In this document: piece after piece, positions 1 to 9,832 of the stretch | How positions within the stretch are numbered: the stretch's first letter is position 1 | Layout of the letters: each line of letters starts with the position of its first letter | From: Candidatus Harrisonbacteria bacterium | GTDB taxonomy: Bacteria > Patescibacteriota > Minisyncoccia > UBA6257 > 1-14-0-10-44-23 | Assembly: GCA_023255625.1 (NCBI GenBank) | Contig: JAHFLF010000001.1 | Span: 431,771-495,770 of the forward strand | Direction of reading: 5' to 3' | DNA: 64,000 bases | Program-made: the position numbers and the translations under genes | The notes under the pieces: generated by a model | The model's input: only the letters and a program-made list of their open reading frames with translations | Told to the model about the DNA's origin: nothing | Database searches by the model: none

Positions 1-228
1 GGTGTTTCCCTGATGACACTGGCAAAATGGCAGGACAATCCCCGGATGATTCGTTCCATAGCAGTTTTTGCGGGAATTTTCTGGATTTTGTACGACGGTT
101 TTGCCGGGTCTTACGGTGGCGTGCTCGCAGAGTCCATCATCCTTGTTTCTGTTCTAATCAGCTTACTAAGGAAAAAATCTTTGCATGTCTAATAACTAAA
201 AACCAGGCTCTCACCGGGTTTTTAGTTA

Positions 229-1224
229 TTAGATGAGCCCTACTTTTTCGTAGACCTCTTTGAGTTTGGCTCCGGCTACTTTGTTGGCTTTTTTGTCGCC
301 AGTCGCGAAGGCCTTGAGGATTTTTTTCGGGTCTTCCATCAATTTAGCTTTTTTCTCGCGGATTGGGGCGAGATAGGGAATGAGGGACTCGGCGACCGCG
401 GCTTTGAACTGACCGTAGTTTTTGCCGGCAAATTCTTTTTCTAGTTCCGGGATTGTCTTGCCGGCTTGCCCGCCGTGGCGGGTCGCTGCGCTCAAAATCA
501 TGAGCAAGTTGCTAACGCCAGGTTTGCTTGCCTCATCAAACTTAACCTCGCTGCCGGAGTCGGTTACGGCCGACATGATTTTTTTCTTGATGACCTCCGG
601 TTCGTCGTCTAGGAACAAGCAGCCATTCGGCACAGATTTGCTCATTTTTTTGAGTGGGTCGGCCAGCGACATGACGCGCGGCGTAGCGGTATGGAGCGCT
701 TTTGGCTCAATGAATGTTTCGCCAAATCGGGAGTTGAATTTACGGGCAAGCGTGCGGGCGAGTTCTAAGTGCTGGTCTTGGTCATCGCCAACTGGCACGA
801 ATTCAGCGTCATAGAGAATGATGTCTGCCGTCATGAGCGCCGGATATGTGAAGAGTCCCGCATTGGTTTCCATGCGCGCAGATTTATCTTTATACTGCGT
901 CATTCGTTCAAGTTCTCCCATCGGGCAGATGCTGTTTAAGACCCATGCAAGCTCTGCGTGCGCAGGTACATGAGATTGAATAAATAACGTTGATTTTTTA
1001 GGATCCAATCCGGCTGCAAGATAGTTCGTTGCTATATCAATGATGTGATCAGCGCGTTCGATAGGAGATGCTGACTCTGTAAGTGAGTGGAGATCTGAAA
1101 GGAAAAAATAGCAATTGTACTTTCCTGAATTTTGTAGCTGCACAAAGTTGTGGAGCGCACCAAGATAATTGCCGACATGCAATTTTCCAGAAGGCGTGAT
1201 GCCGGAGAGAACAATAGGTTTCAT
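229..1224 (-). CDS. trpS: tryptophan--tRNA ligase
   Basis: Class I aaRS with HIGH-type motif (KLHVGN) and KMSKS. Start taken at MKPIVLSG; the listed ORF (229..1254) has a 10-aa upstream extension. Confidence 0.9.
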   Translation of the reverse strand: MKPIVLSGITPSGKLHVGNYLGALHNFVQLQNSGKYNCYFFLSDLHSLTESASPIERADHIIDIATNYLAAGLDPKKSTLFIQSHVPAHAELAWVLNSICPMGELERMTQYKDKSARMETNAGLFTYPALMTADIILYDAEFVPVGDDQDQHLELARTLARKFNSRFGETFIEPKALHTATPRVMSLADPLKKMSKSVPNGCLFLDDEPEVIKKKIMSAVTDSGSEVKFDEASKPGVSNLLMILSAATRHGGQAGKTIPELEKEFAGKNYGQFKAAVAESLIPYLAPIREKKAKLMEDPKKILKAFATGDKKANKVAGAKLKEVYEKVGLI

Positions 1225-1496
1225 AATAGTTAATTGGTTAGTCAGTAAAAGCAAAATGAAAATGCTCTAAGCGTTTCGCCAGAATTTGTATGCAGAGTGG
1301 TATGTTTGCCGGAGAATAATCATGTATGTATTGTAGCGGGGGAGGAGCTTTTTTGCAAAATTATTAAATAAAAAAGTTATCCACCATTGTATTTGAAGTG
1401 GTTTTACTTCATTCTATATAAAGTACCTGGGGATTTTTATTTTTTCTTATTGTTTTTAAAGGTCGAATTATTTAGGGATTTTTTCAAAAGGATTTT

Positions 1497-1598
1497 ATGA
1501 AAAAGAAAAAGGCAAAAAAGACAGCGAAGCGCCGCGTAGTTCGCCATCCGGCAAAGCGGAAGACTACGAAAAAGGCCGCCAAGAAGCGTCGTCGCTAG
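1497..1598 (+). CDS. 33-aa highly basic peptide (MKKKKAKKTAKRRVVRHPAKRKTTKKAAKKRRR), unknown function
   Basis: ATG..TAG ORF read directly from the sequence, below the ORF-track size cutoff. About 60% Lys/Arg. A strong intrinsic terminator follows immediately. Confidence 0.4.
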   Translation: MKKKKAKKTAKRRVVRHPAKRKTTKKAAKKRRR

Positions 1599-1619
1599 TT
1601 TCATGATAACAACAAAAAA

Positions 1620-1668
1620 CCCGCAGTTTACGCCGTAAATCTTCAGGCGTAAACTGCGGGTTTTTTGT
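1620..1668. terminator. rho-independent terminator, probably bidirectional
   Basis: Perfect 14-bp stem (cccgcagtttacgcc / ggcgtaaactgcggg) followed by TTTTTTG. An A-run upstream gives a T-run on the opposite strand, so it can also serve the converging RNase J gene. Confidence 0.7.
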
Positions 1669-1749
1669 TGCTCGGAGCTATACTTCAATTATCACCGGAA
1701 GTATCACCCCAGTAGTAGAACCTGCTGGTTCACTACGGGGCAGGTCGGC

Positions 1750-3954
1750 CTACACCTCTATAATTACCGGAAGTATCATTGGCCTTCTCAAGGTTTTATT
1801 ATATAAGAATAACCCGAGCTGGTCGCGGATGATGCCTTTGATGTAATCACTCTCGGCTTCTTGGCGAACTTTGCTTTGATTGACCTGATTCACCAGATTT
1901 TTAACCTTCATGCGCAACTCGCTCATGAGCGCGCCCTGGTCTTTCAAATAAATAAATCCACGGCTAATTATGTCCGGATTTTTAGCCAGTTTGCCGGTCT
2001 GGCGGACTATCGTGGCGATCACGACAATCATGCCCTCCTGCGCCAATAATTTTCGATCACGCAGTACCACCGCCTCGACATCACCAACGCCAAGACCGTC
2101 AACCATAACATAGGTGGCGTCAACATGCTGGTCGGTGACTACAGCGGTATGTTCAGTGAGCTCAAGCACCTGGCCGTTGTCCGGCAGAATAATTTTTTCC
2201 TGCGGGATGCCAACTGTTTTCATGTTGCGAATATTGTAGGCGCGCTGGAAGATGTAGCCGTGAATTGGCACAATAAACTTTGGCTTGCACATCTTGGCAA
2301 CCAGGGCGAGGTCTGGGCCGGGCGCATGACCGGAGGAGTGAATGTCTAGGTCATCGTTGGTAATCACGATCGCGCCCTGGCGGGCCAGGTTGTCTTTGAC
2401 CGCCTGCACCGATCGCTCGTTGCCTGGAATTACTGATGAACTAAAAATAGCCGTGTCGCCGGGTTTAATCTTGACATGCTTATGTTCGCCGTTAATTATC
2501 CTCATCAGCCCGGCATTCTCCTGTCCTTGCGCGCCGGTAGTGATAATCAGCAGCTTGTTGTCGGCATATTTGTGTACCTCTTCAACGGCGACTAGCGAGC
2601 CATTTTTGTAAGAGAGATAGCCAAGCTGACGCGCGATTTCCAGGTTGTCTTTCATTGAGCGGCCGTTAATAGCAACATAGCGGCCGAGCTTTTCGGCAAT
2701 CTTGATGACTTCGGCGAGCCGTTCGATCATTGAGGCAAAAGTCGACAGAATTATGCGGCCTTCGGCCTCAACAAATAATTGCTCAAGGTGTTCAATAACA
2801 ATTTCTTCGCTGACTGTGTGGCCATCCTCGTGTGCGTTGGTTGAGTCAATGAGTAAGGAGTGCACACCAAGACCGCCAAGCCACTCAAATTCTTTGGTGT
2901 TAAATAGATTATCGTGTTTATCGTACTCCAAGCGGAAGTCGGCAAAGTGCACCATTTTACCGGCCGGAGTTTCCAGCATTACTCCGGTGGTATCCGGAAC
3001 AGTATGGGCGACACCGAAAAATTCTGCTGTAAAGTGTTCGCTGATTTTCACGCGGGCGTGATTTTTGATTAGTTCAAAGCGCAGCTTTGGGGCGTTCGGC
3101 ATTTCATCGAGCCGTTTTTTTACTAATTCGCGGATTAAGGCCGTGCCGTAAATAACCGGATTACCCAGTTTTTCCAAAACATAGGGGATTGCGCCGAAGT
3201 GGTCGTAGTGGGCGTGGGTAATGATGATGCCCTTGATGTTTTTTCTCTTTTTTTCCAGATAGCTGATGTTGGGGATGATCCAGTCAACGCCCGGGGTGTC
3301 TTCTTCTGGGAACTGGATGCCCATGTCAATAATGACAATCTCGTCGTTGTACTCAAAGAACGAGCAGTTGCGGCCGACCTCCTCCAGCCCACCGAGTGGG
3401 ATCCAGTAGAGAGTGTCGCGTTTGAGCGAAATGGCACCGGTGTCGCCGGTAAGCACTCCTTCTTTTTTGATGAATTTTCGTTCCGAAAACATAGAGATCA
3501 TTTGCTGGCGGGGCATTCGTCCGCCTCGTTGCCTGATCGGCCGGTTAGAAAGTTCGTGCGGAGTAGCACCGCCCTGGTCAATCATCGGACGCTGCTCTCT
3601 GTCATGTGCTCTGGATGTGTCATGTCGCGCAATTTCTCGTCCCGCTAGAACTCGTCCACCATCAATATGTACAGTGCGGGTTGGTGCAATTTTAAAGACA
3701 CCAGTTTTAATTTCACCGGAATTTGTAGCTGATTTTGGCGGTTGGCCATTTTCTTGTTTTAGCCCCGACTCGATTGAATTCGGCAGAAGGCCGCCGCGAT
3801 TAGTTATAGAGTGGGGAAGCGGCGTAGCATGTTTCTCTGGGCTGCGTGGCGGCAAACTTGGGCGAGATTGATAATAGCCGCGTCGCGGACGGGATCCGCG
3901 GTTGCCGCCGGAGGAGCTGCTACGCCCGGCTGGTTTGTTGTTGATAGGAGTCAT
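1750..3954 (-). CDS. rnj: ribonuclease J (metallo-beta-lactamase/beta-CASP), Arg/Gly/Ser/Pro-rich N-terminal extension
   Basis: HAHYDH metal-binding motif, beta-CASP region and RNase J C-terminal domain. The first ~150 codons are GC-rich low complexity; the true start may be an internal Met (MIDQ.. or MISMFSERKF..). Confidence 0.85.
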   Translation of the reverse strand: MTPINNKPAGRSSSSGGNRGSRPRRGYYQSRPSLPPRSPEKHATPLPHSITNRGGLLPNSIESGLKQENGQPPKSATNSGEIKTGVFKIAPTRTVHIDGGRVLAGREIARHDTSRAHDREQRPMIDQGGATPHELSNRPIRQRGGRMPRQQMISMFSERKFIKKEGVLTGDTGAISLKRDTLYWIPLGGLEEVGRNCSFFEYNDEIVIIDMGIQFPEEDTPGVDWIIPNISYLEKKRKNIKGIIITHAHYDHFGAIPYVLEKLGNPVIYGTALIRELVKKRLDEMPNAPKLRFELIKNHARVKISEHFTAEFFGVAHTVPDTTGVMLETPAGKMVHFADFRLEYDKHDNLFNTKEFEWLGGLGVHSLLIDSTNAHEDGHTVSEEIVIEHLEQLFVEAEGRIILSTFASMIERLAEVIKIAEKLGRYVAINGRSMKDNLEIARQLGYLSYKNGSLVAVEEVHKYADNKLLIITTGAQGQENAGLMRIINGEHKHVKIKPGDTAIFSSSVIPGNERSVQAVKDNLARQGAIVITNDDLDIHSSGHAPGPDLALVAKMCKPKFIVPIHGYIFQRAYNIRNMKTVGIPQEKIILPDNGQVLELTEHTAVVTDQHVDATYVMVDGLGVGDVEAVVLRDRKLLAQEGMIVVIATIVRQTGKLAKNPDIISRGFIYLKDQGALMSELRMKVKNLVNQVNQSKVRQEAESDYIKGIIRDQLGLFLYNKTLRRPMILPVIIEV

Positions 3955-4070
3955 TAATTTGTTAATTTTTAATTACAATTTATTTTTTAAAAAATAAAAG
4001 ATTGTTAGGAATAATTATTTACATTTATTAACTTTGTGCCCAGGGAGGGGGCTGAATCATTTTTTAAATC

Positions 4071-5564
4071 CTAGTCAAACGTGAAAGAGTTCAGGATCCG
4101 ATAAAGAATTGCATTCTCTAACGACTCATTAGCAGGATTGGCTTTTATGTAGAAATCTACAACTCCCCCTTTAGGATTTTCAAGAGCGGCTCTTACGCCC
4201 AACAGGTCATACGCTGCAGACGTTATCCTTAAAGCATTGTAACCGTTGATCTTAGAAATTTCTGAGTGACCAGAAATGAGCGCAGATGTTGAATAGCCAG
4301 ACCAGGCATCTTTTTCGGGATAGATGCTTATTTTAAGCGTCAATCTTTTATCGACTGCATTCCCGTATTCTACATATGCCGTCGGCACAAACTGAAATCG
4401 GCCATTGGTACTTGGGTAGTCAGTGGCGTTGTCGCGAACATTAGTAACTTCATTGAGTAGCGTCCAAGTCCCATCCCAGCGCGGACACGCAAAACTGAAA
4501 TGATACTTTTCACTGGCGCAACCCTTCCAACTCCAATTTCCATCGTCAACTATGAGAGGTTTAGAAGTAATCTTGAAAGTCGAAAGGACTTTTAAGAGCA
4601 TTTGTTCGTCCATCGCACTAAACTCGAATACCTGGGTTTCATCAATACGTTGTTCTAGCTGATAGTTAAATTGGGGTTTAATTTTGCCTTGATTGCTTAG
4701 AAAATCTGCTTTCAGCCAAGCGACTCCATTAATCATTACACGCGTTCTGCTATAATCGCCGCGACCACTATAGATAGAGAAGGTGCCAAACGTCAGGTCG
4801 AAATTAAGATGAGGAGTCTCTTGAATACAATATGATGGACTAGGATTTCCGTTAGGATCTTTACCATTCGCGCAATTTTTTACAATCTGTTCGTACTCCG
4901 TCTCGTGTTCAGGAGTTCGGAAGCCACCATGACTGTAATTAGTAAGGTTGTTTGGTATTTGGAACTCAACACCAAGGTCTTTGTCCTGGTACAGCTTCCA
5001 GTCAGTCTTATCAAAATCAGGGACAGTTATCGGAGGTTTAGCAGTTATTTTGAAAGTTGAAAGCACTTGTTGAAGTAACTGCTCGTCAGAAGAAGAAAAA
5101 TTAATGCTCGGATATTCATGATCACGAACGACTAGCTGATAGTTTATCCAAATCGGTGCGGATCCGCTTCTGTAGACCGACCAGGTAATTCCGTTAATTA
5201 TTACACGATCATCTCTGTCGCTGAAACTAGAACCAGCATAAAAGTCTATTGATATATTTTTATCACTCGGCGCGCGAAACCGGCCAGGAGACTCTTCCGT
5301 AAAATTATTTGGAATTTGAAATTGAACTCCAAGACTCTGGTCTTGATATAGTTTCCAGTTAGTTTTATCAAAAGTAGGGGCAGTTACTGTTTCGGCGGGT
5401 GCAGCAGGGGCTTCGGGCTTAAGAACTTGATTGCTAGGGGCGGTAGCTTTTTGCTCTAAGGCAATGGTTGGTCTATTTTGCCGATAGAGAGCGGTGCCAG
5501 CGACCAAAATCACAACAACGACGATAGATGCAATAATTTGTTTACTATTTTGTATTTTTCTCAT
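4071..5564 (-). CDS. membrane-anchored/secreted protein with an internally duplicated ~140-aa domain, unknown function
   Basis: N-terminal TM/signal anchor. Two tandem copies of a (T/V)PxFDKTxWKLYQDxxLGVxFQIPNNxT ... LLxxVLSTFKIT(A/S)KP module. Confidence 0.6.
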   Translation of the reverse strand: MRKIQNSKQIIASIVVVVILVAGTALYRQNRPTIALEQKATAPSNQVLKPEAPAAPAETVTAPTFDKTNWKLYQDQSLGVQFQIPNNFTEESPGRFRAPSDKNISIDFYAGSSFSDRDDRVIINGITWSVYRSGSAPIWINYQLVVRDHEYPSINFSSSDEQLLQQVLSTFKITAKPPITVPDFDKTDWKLYQDKDLGVEFQIPNNLTNYSHGGFRTPEHETEYEQIVKNCANGKDPNGNPSPSYCIQETPHLNFDLTFGTFSIYSGRGDYSRTRVMINGVAWLKADFLSNQGKIKPQFNYQLEQRIDETQVFEFSAMDEQMLLKVLSTFKITSKPLIVDDGNWSWKGCASEKYHFSFACPRWDGTWTLLNEVTNVRDNATDYPSTNGRFQFVPTAYVEYGNAVDKRLTLKISIYPEKDAWSGYSTSALISGHSEISKINGYNALRITSAAYDLLGVRAALENPKGGVVDFYIKANPANESLENAILYRILNSFTFD

Positions 5565-5643
5565 AATTTTTTCCGCGTGTTTTACAAGTGAATCTGCCCT
5601 TTTGCAAATGTATTCTGTTTTCCGATTATGTTAATAAATTATC

Positions 5644-5727
5644 TGGTGGGGATGAAGGGAGTCGAACCCTTATGAGTTGCCTCGTACGCACCTGAAGCGT
5701 ATGCGTCTGCCATTCCGCCACATCCCC
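5644..5727 (-). tRNA. tRNA-Leu (anticodon CAG), type II with long variable arm, CCA encoded
   Basis: Hand-folded cloverleaf: acceptor GGGGATG/CATCCCC, anticodon loop TTCAGGT, 13-nt variable arm, T-arm AAGGG-TTCGACT-CCCTT, 3' ACCA. Confidence 0.85.
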
Positions 5728-5743
5728 ATTGATTTATTAGACT

Positions 5744-5870
5744 AGCGTTTTTTGTCATCCCGAAGCCGAGGGGTCTCATCCTGGATTCCGGATTTGCCGC
5801 CGGAATGACAGAGGGGAAGATGAGATGCTTCGGCTTGGACTCAGATCCCTCGGCTTCGGGATGACAGACA
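5744..5870. repeat. ~125-nt nested palindromic element next to tRNA-Leu
   Basis: Outer 19-bp inverted repeat gtcatcccgaagccgaggg / ccctcggcttcgggatgac enclosing further nested inverted repeats (tctcatc/gatgaga, attccgg/ccggaat). Confidence 0.5.
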
Positions 5871-5882
5871 AGATGGTATTGA

Positions 5883-7190
5883 TTACAATTTCTTTTTTCC
5901 CGCTAATTTTTTGATTTTATTCACAACTTCCAGTCCGAGCGGATTCATCTTTCGGTTGACGGCAACATAGTACCCGATCCACTGTGCTATCACAATTCCA
6001 TTTGCGGTTACCTCGAGCGGTGTCCGCCCGGGTACCCGTATAGTTTCCGATGGGATGCCGTACTCGTCAAGTGTCTGTGCCGTCAGATCAAATTCTTTTT
6101 TTCGATTTTTATATTCTTGTTCGCTGGTAATAAAAATTGCATATAGATTTTTCGGCCGGGCTTCTAGCAGATTTAGTTCGTTGTGATTTACCTCCGGGAT
6201 CGTATTGGCAAAGGCCAACGATTTGCCGCTTTCGGTAATGCTGATTTTAAAAATCTGGCCGAGGTGGCTGAAATTATGAGTTGTATATATTAAAGCAATT
6301 TTTCCAGCTTGTCGGGCAGAGCTCTGGCGAAGTCCGAATATCCGCGCGGCTGTCTTTTTGGCGCTTGTCGCAAACCTTCGTGAGTTAATCTGCGCGGATA
6401 AGTCCGGTATATGTAGGCGGGGGAAAACGGATTGGAGAATCTGCAGTGTTGCGTAGAGCGTAAGCCCATATGCTTGTCTGGGCTGAAGAGATCCTATGTT
6501 GATATTTTCCACATCCCGCGTTCTCGCCTCATCTGTCCCAGATGCTAGGCCTGCCGAGGAAATTGAAGACTCGCTCTTCATTTCCGAGGCGTAACGACGC
6601 AGATGGGCAGATGAGGCAGAACCCGAAGGGACAGGTCTAGTTTCGCCGATTACTTTGTCGCTTCCGTCACGCTGTGCCGCAGCGGGCACTATCGTGTCGT
6701 CGCTTCGCGTACTCGGCGAAACTGGTTGCTGTCGCGGGGTGGGAGAAATATCAACATAGGATCCACTGTCTGCACTAAAGGTTGCGTGCGGCAGCTGTTT
6801 CGCTTTGGCTTCTTCTAAGAGTGTTCCGCCACCAGCAACAACCGCGATCATTTTTCCCGATTTGACTGCTTTTTGAAAAGCAGCAAGCGGTTCGCGAGTG
6901 TTGCCGGAGAAAGAAATAAATATGTATAGGGGATTTTTGCCCGGGACTACGGGAAGCACGCTATCGTGCCAGGAAAAAATCGGTATGTTTACTATAGCAC
7001 ATGACAGGATATTTTGCAAGATGGCCCCCGGTGTGCCAGAGCCGCCCATGCCAATAAACACGATAGAATCTGGCTTTTTGGCATGTATTTGCTTTTGGAG
7101 TTTATCCAAATTAGCCGTTCGGATGTTGTCGGGCTTAAGTTGTTTTGGAAATTCCAAAATATGCTTTCGAAATATTTCACTATCCCTCAT
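5883..7190 (-). CDS. bifunctional phosphoglucose/phosphomannose isomerase (SIS domain) with a ~90-aa low-complexity insertion
   Basis: GMGGSG and SFSGNTxE motifs typical of archaeal-type PGI/PMI. The central Ser/Pro/Ala-rich segment (about 6470..6780) is GC-rich and interrupts the fold. Confidence 0.65.
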   Translation of the reverse strand: MRDSEIFRKHILEFPKQLKPDNIRTANLDKLQKQIHAKKPDSIVFIGMGGSGTPGAILQNILSCAIVNIPIFSWHDSVLPVVPGKNPLYIFISFSGNTREPLAAFQKAVKSGKMIAVVAGGGTLLEEAKAKQLPHATFSADSGSYVDISPTPRQQPVSPSTRSDDTIVPAAAQRDGSDKVIGETRPVPSGSASSAHLRRYASEMKSESSISSAGLASGTDEARTRDVENINIGSLQPRQAYGLTLYATLQILQSVFPRLHIPDLSAQINSRRFATSAKKTAARIFGLRQSSARQAGKIALIYTTHNFSHLGQIFKISITESGKSLAFANTIPEVNHNELNLLEARPKNLYAIFITSEQEYKNRKKEFDLTAQTLDEYGIPSETIRVPGRTPLEVTANGIVIAQWIGYYVAVNRKMNPLGLEVVNKIKKLAGKKKL

Positions 7191-7196
7191 AGAGGA

Positions 7197-8876
7197 TTAT
7201 GGCTCTGTGCTGGTTTCATTTTTGAACACCCGGGCGGTTTCCAGATACCATTCATAGATATTCGAAAGCCGATCGGCGGGCGAGCTGATGAGCGGCTGGT
7301 CGAAGCCACCCAGACCGGTCGGCGCGGCATATAAATAGAGAGGCGAATAAAGGAAGACAGCGGGTTTATCGGTGTAAATCTGGGTTTGAATTTTTGCCAG
7401 CGCCTCGGTGCGCGTAGCATTGTCGAAGGTGGTGCGCGCAGTTTCAATCAGTTTATCTACAGATTTATTTTCGTAGAGCGCTAAATTCAGTCCCGGCTGA
7501 AAGCGCTGGCTGGAGTGCCAGAAAGAAAATAGGTCGCTGTCTGCCCGCAAAATGTTGCCGAAGAGCAGCATCTGGTAGGTGCGCGGCTTGATCGCCTCGG
7601 TCTCTATATTTTCTACCGGAACAGTTTTTATGGTGATTTTTACTCCGATTTGTTGCAACTGGTTTTTAATCAGATCTGCAGTTTTGGTTAGGAAGGGGAG
7701 ATCCGGAGTTGTCAGTTCGAAGTCTAACCGCTGTGCCGTTTTACCAACCGTGCGCGTTTGCACGCCGTCCGGGCCGATTTTCCATCCCTGTTTTACAAGT
7801 AGTGCTCGCGACTCCTCGACTGATATGTGTTCGGTTGCATAAGTTGAACTGCTGTATTGAGGAAGGTTCGGAGAGATTGGGCCGCGAGCTATCGTGGCAT
7901 GATTTTCAAAAATTTCTTCAATCATTTTATCTTTATCGATTGCCAAGGTCAGCGCCTCGCGAACAGAGCGGTCTTTGAGGGCAATATTAACCGATGGGTT
8001 AAAGAATAAAGCATAATATTGAGGCAAAGCTAGCTCGCGCAAAGCATAATTTATTTTTATCTCCGGGAGTTGCTCCTGGCTGATGCCGCCCAGGCCATCA
8101 ATTTGTTTATGATTGAAGGCGATAACCGCATCCTGATAAGTCGGGAAAAAAGCAAAGTTAAATTTCTCAATGAGCGTGCGCGAACCAGGATAGTTATTAT
8201 TTGCTTTTAGATTGTAGCTCGTGATAAAGCCGTCTTTGCGTTTTTCGTATCGGTCAAATTCATAAGGGCCGCTTGTTACGGGCTCCAGGTTGTAATTTGA
8301 AAGACGGATATTCGAGATAGGTAGATTTTCAAATATATGCGCCGGTGCGATGCGCAAATCGCGCAGCGCGTCCAGGAAATAACTGTACGGGGCCTTGAGC
8401 GTAAAGCGAACTTGCAGTTGGCTGACTCGTTCAACAGTTACGCCCTGCCAGTTACTAAAGAGCGGACTGCCGGCGTCGGGGTGCTGGATTGTTTGTACGG
8501 TAAAGACGACATCATCGCTGGTAATCGGTTTTTCGTCCGACCAAACCATATCCTCTTTGAGCGTTAGCAACCAAACTTTTCCGGTGGAATTTGTCTCGTA
8601 GCGTGCGGTAAGTGTGAGCAGATCTGCGAAGACGGCGGTAACCAGGTCCCGATCAGTTGAAGAGCTGCCGATCAGCATCGGATTAATCGCTGTTGGCTGG
8701 CCGATGATTCCCTCGGTGTATTCTCCGCCGGGCGCAGGGGCGATTGTTGTATTTTTGATGAATAAATTCCAGCCGGTCAGTGCACCGGAGAAGATTGCTA
8801 TGAAGGTACAACCATAGAGGATGTTTCTTTCTACGGTTGTAAGATTTTTGAAAAGCCGGATAAGGTAATTAATCAT
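7197..8876 (-). CDS. ABC transporter substrate-binding protein, family 5 (peptide/nickel type)
   Basis: N-terminal TM anchor. Length and motif pattern of OppA/DppA-like SBP_bac_5 proteins. Confidence 0.65.
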   Translation of the reverse strand: MINYLIRLFKNLTTVERNILYGCTFIAIFSGALTGWNLFIKNTTIAPAPGGEYTEGIIGQPTAINPMLIGSSSTDRDLVTAVFADLLTLTARYETNSTGKVWLLTLKEDMVWSDEKPITSDDVVFTVQTIQHPDAGSPLFSNWQGVTVERVSQLQVRFTLKAPYSYFLDALRDLRIAPAHIFENLPISNIRLSNYNLEPVTSGPYEFDRYEKRKDGFITSYNLKANNNYPGSRTLIEKFNFAFFPTYQDAVIAFNHKQIDGLGGISQEQLPEIKINYALRELALPQYYALFFNPSVNIALKDRSVREALTLAIDKDKMIEEIFENHATIARGPISPNLPQYSSSTYATEHISVEESRALLVKQGWKIGPDGVQTRTVGKTAQRLDFELTTPDLPFLTKTADLIKNQLQQIGVKITIKTVPVENIETEAIKPRTYQMLLFGNILRADSDLFSFWHSSQRFQPGLNLALYENKSVDKLIETARTTFDNATRTEALAKIQTQIYTDKPAVFLYSPLYLYAAPTGLGGFDQPLISSPADRLSNIYEWYLETARVFKNETSTEP

Positions 8877-8942
8877 AGCAAATTACAAAATGGCAGAGAG
8901 CAAATAGCCAAATTGATTCTACCATTTGCTATAGCCCGTTGG

Positions 8943-9275
8943 CTATCTTGTTGGCGTGATGGTGATTGGCGCACTGCTTGATGCGTCTAGAGAGAGGAAC
9001 GGAGAGGTCGAGGATGCTGCCGCGGGGATAGTTGAAATGGGCGTCTCATGATAAAAGAGGGAAACCAGCGCCAGGGAGGCAAAGATAATTACAAGCACGA
9101 CTGTCGCACCGAAGAAAAAACTTTCCATACCTCGCCGTTGCTGATAAAATCCGCCGCCACCGCCGGAACCACCGCCCATAAATCCGGATAAATCGCTGTC
9201 GCGCTGTTGGAGTAGGATTAGAGTAATTAAAGCTACGGAGACTATAATTTGGATGATAATAATTGTTTGTTGCAT
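8943..9275 (-). CDS. secG: preprotein translocase subunit SecG
   Basis: TM1 - LLQxR..D - Gly-rich loop (GGGSGGGGGF) - TM2, with a Ser/Thr/Pro-rich C-terminal tail. Confidence 0.7.
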   Translation of the reverse strand: MQQTIIIIQIIVSVALITLILLQQRDSDLSGFMGGGSGGGGGFYQQRRGMESFFFGATVVLVIIFASLALVSLFYHETPISTIPAAASSTSPFLSLDASSSAPITITPTR

Positions 9276-9299
9276 ATTTTCGGTTTGCCGATTTACAAT

Positions 9300-9656
9300 T
9301 TAAGATTTTTTGCGGTGAATCAGGTGGATAATGATGTTTACGGCAGTAATGATCAGGGTTCCGTAGATTAGGGCCGGCAATCCGCTTATATTAAGGTTTT
9401 GTGAGTAAATGTCAACGACATAGAGGAAGCCGCCGGTAATTATGATATTAAAGAGTCCCAGGGTCAGGATGATGAGCGGGCCCAGGAAAAAACGCAGGAC
9501 GGGCTTGATGATAACATTCAGCCCGGTGAAAACGGCGACCAGAGCCGCGGCGGCCTGTAGATTACTTAAATCTAAATTGAAACCGGCGACTAGATAGCCG
9601 GAAGCGACCAGGGCGAGCGCATTGCCGATAAGCGACCAGATGATATTTGCGAGCAT
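9300..9656 (-). CDS. phage holin family 4 / DUF360 (YvlD-like) 4-TM membrane protein
   Basis: Hydrophobicity pattern and conserved P..L..LG.F...I.GG motif region of the Phage_holin_4_2 family. Confidence 0.65.
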   Translation of the reverse strand: MLANIIWSLIGNALALVASGYLVAGFNLDLSNLQAAAALVAVFTGLNVIIKPVLRFFLGPLIILTLGLFNIIITGGFLYVVDIYSQNLNISGLPALIYGTLIITAVNIIIHLIHRKKS

Positions 9657-9686
9657 CTTTTAATGATAAACGAAAAGCAGGAAACA

Positions 9687-9766
9687 GTAAAACTTGCGAC
9701 AATTCGGATTTTTGGCCGGGCTCACCCTGCGGGATGGCCAAAAATCCGAATTGTCGCAAGTTTTAC
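9687..9766. repeat. long hairpin H1: 31-bp perfect stem with conserved GGGCTCACCCTGCGGGATGG loop
   Basis: gtaaaacttgcgacaattcggatttttggcc [gggctcaccctgcgggatgg] ccaaaaatccgaattgtcgcaagttttac. Lies in the divergent region between the holin-like gene and murA. Confidence 0.7.
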
Positions 9767-9832
9767 ATTGAGTCATTAGTTAGCCGGCGATTAGCATTTA
9801 CTTAAATATCTCATATATGATATACTTTAAGA

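Noticed and set aside
1437-1688. Track ORF 1437..1688 (-)
   Set aside because: Spans a bidirectional terminator hairpin and is antisense to the cleaner plus-strand basic-peptide ORF; AT-rich low-complexity translation.
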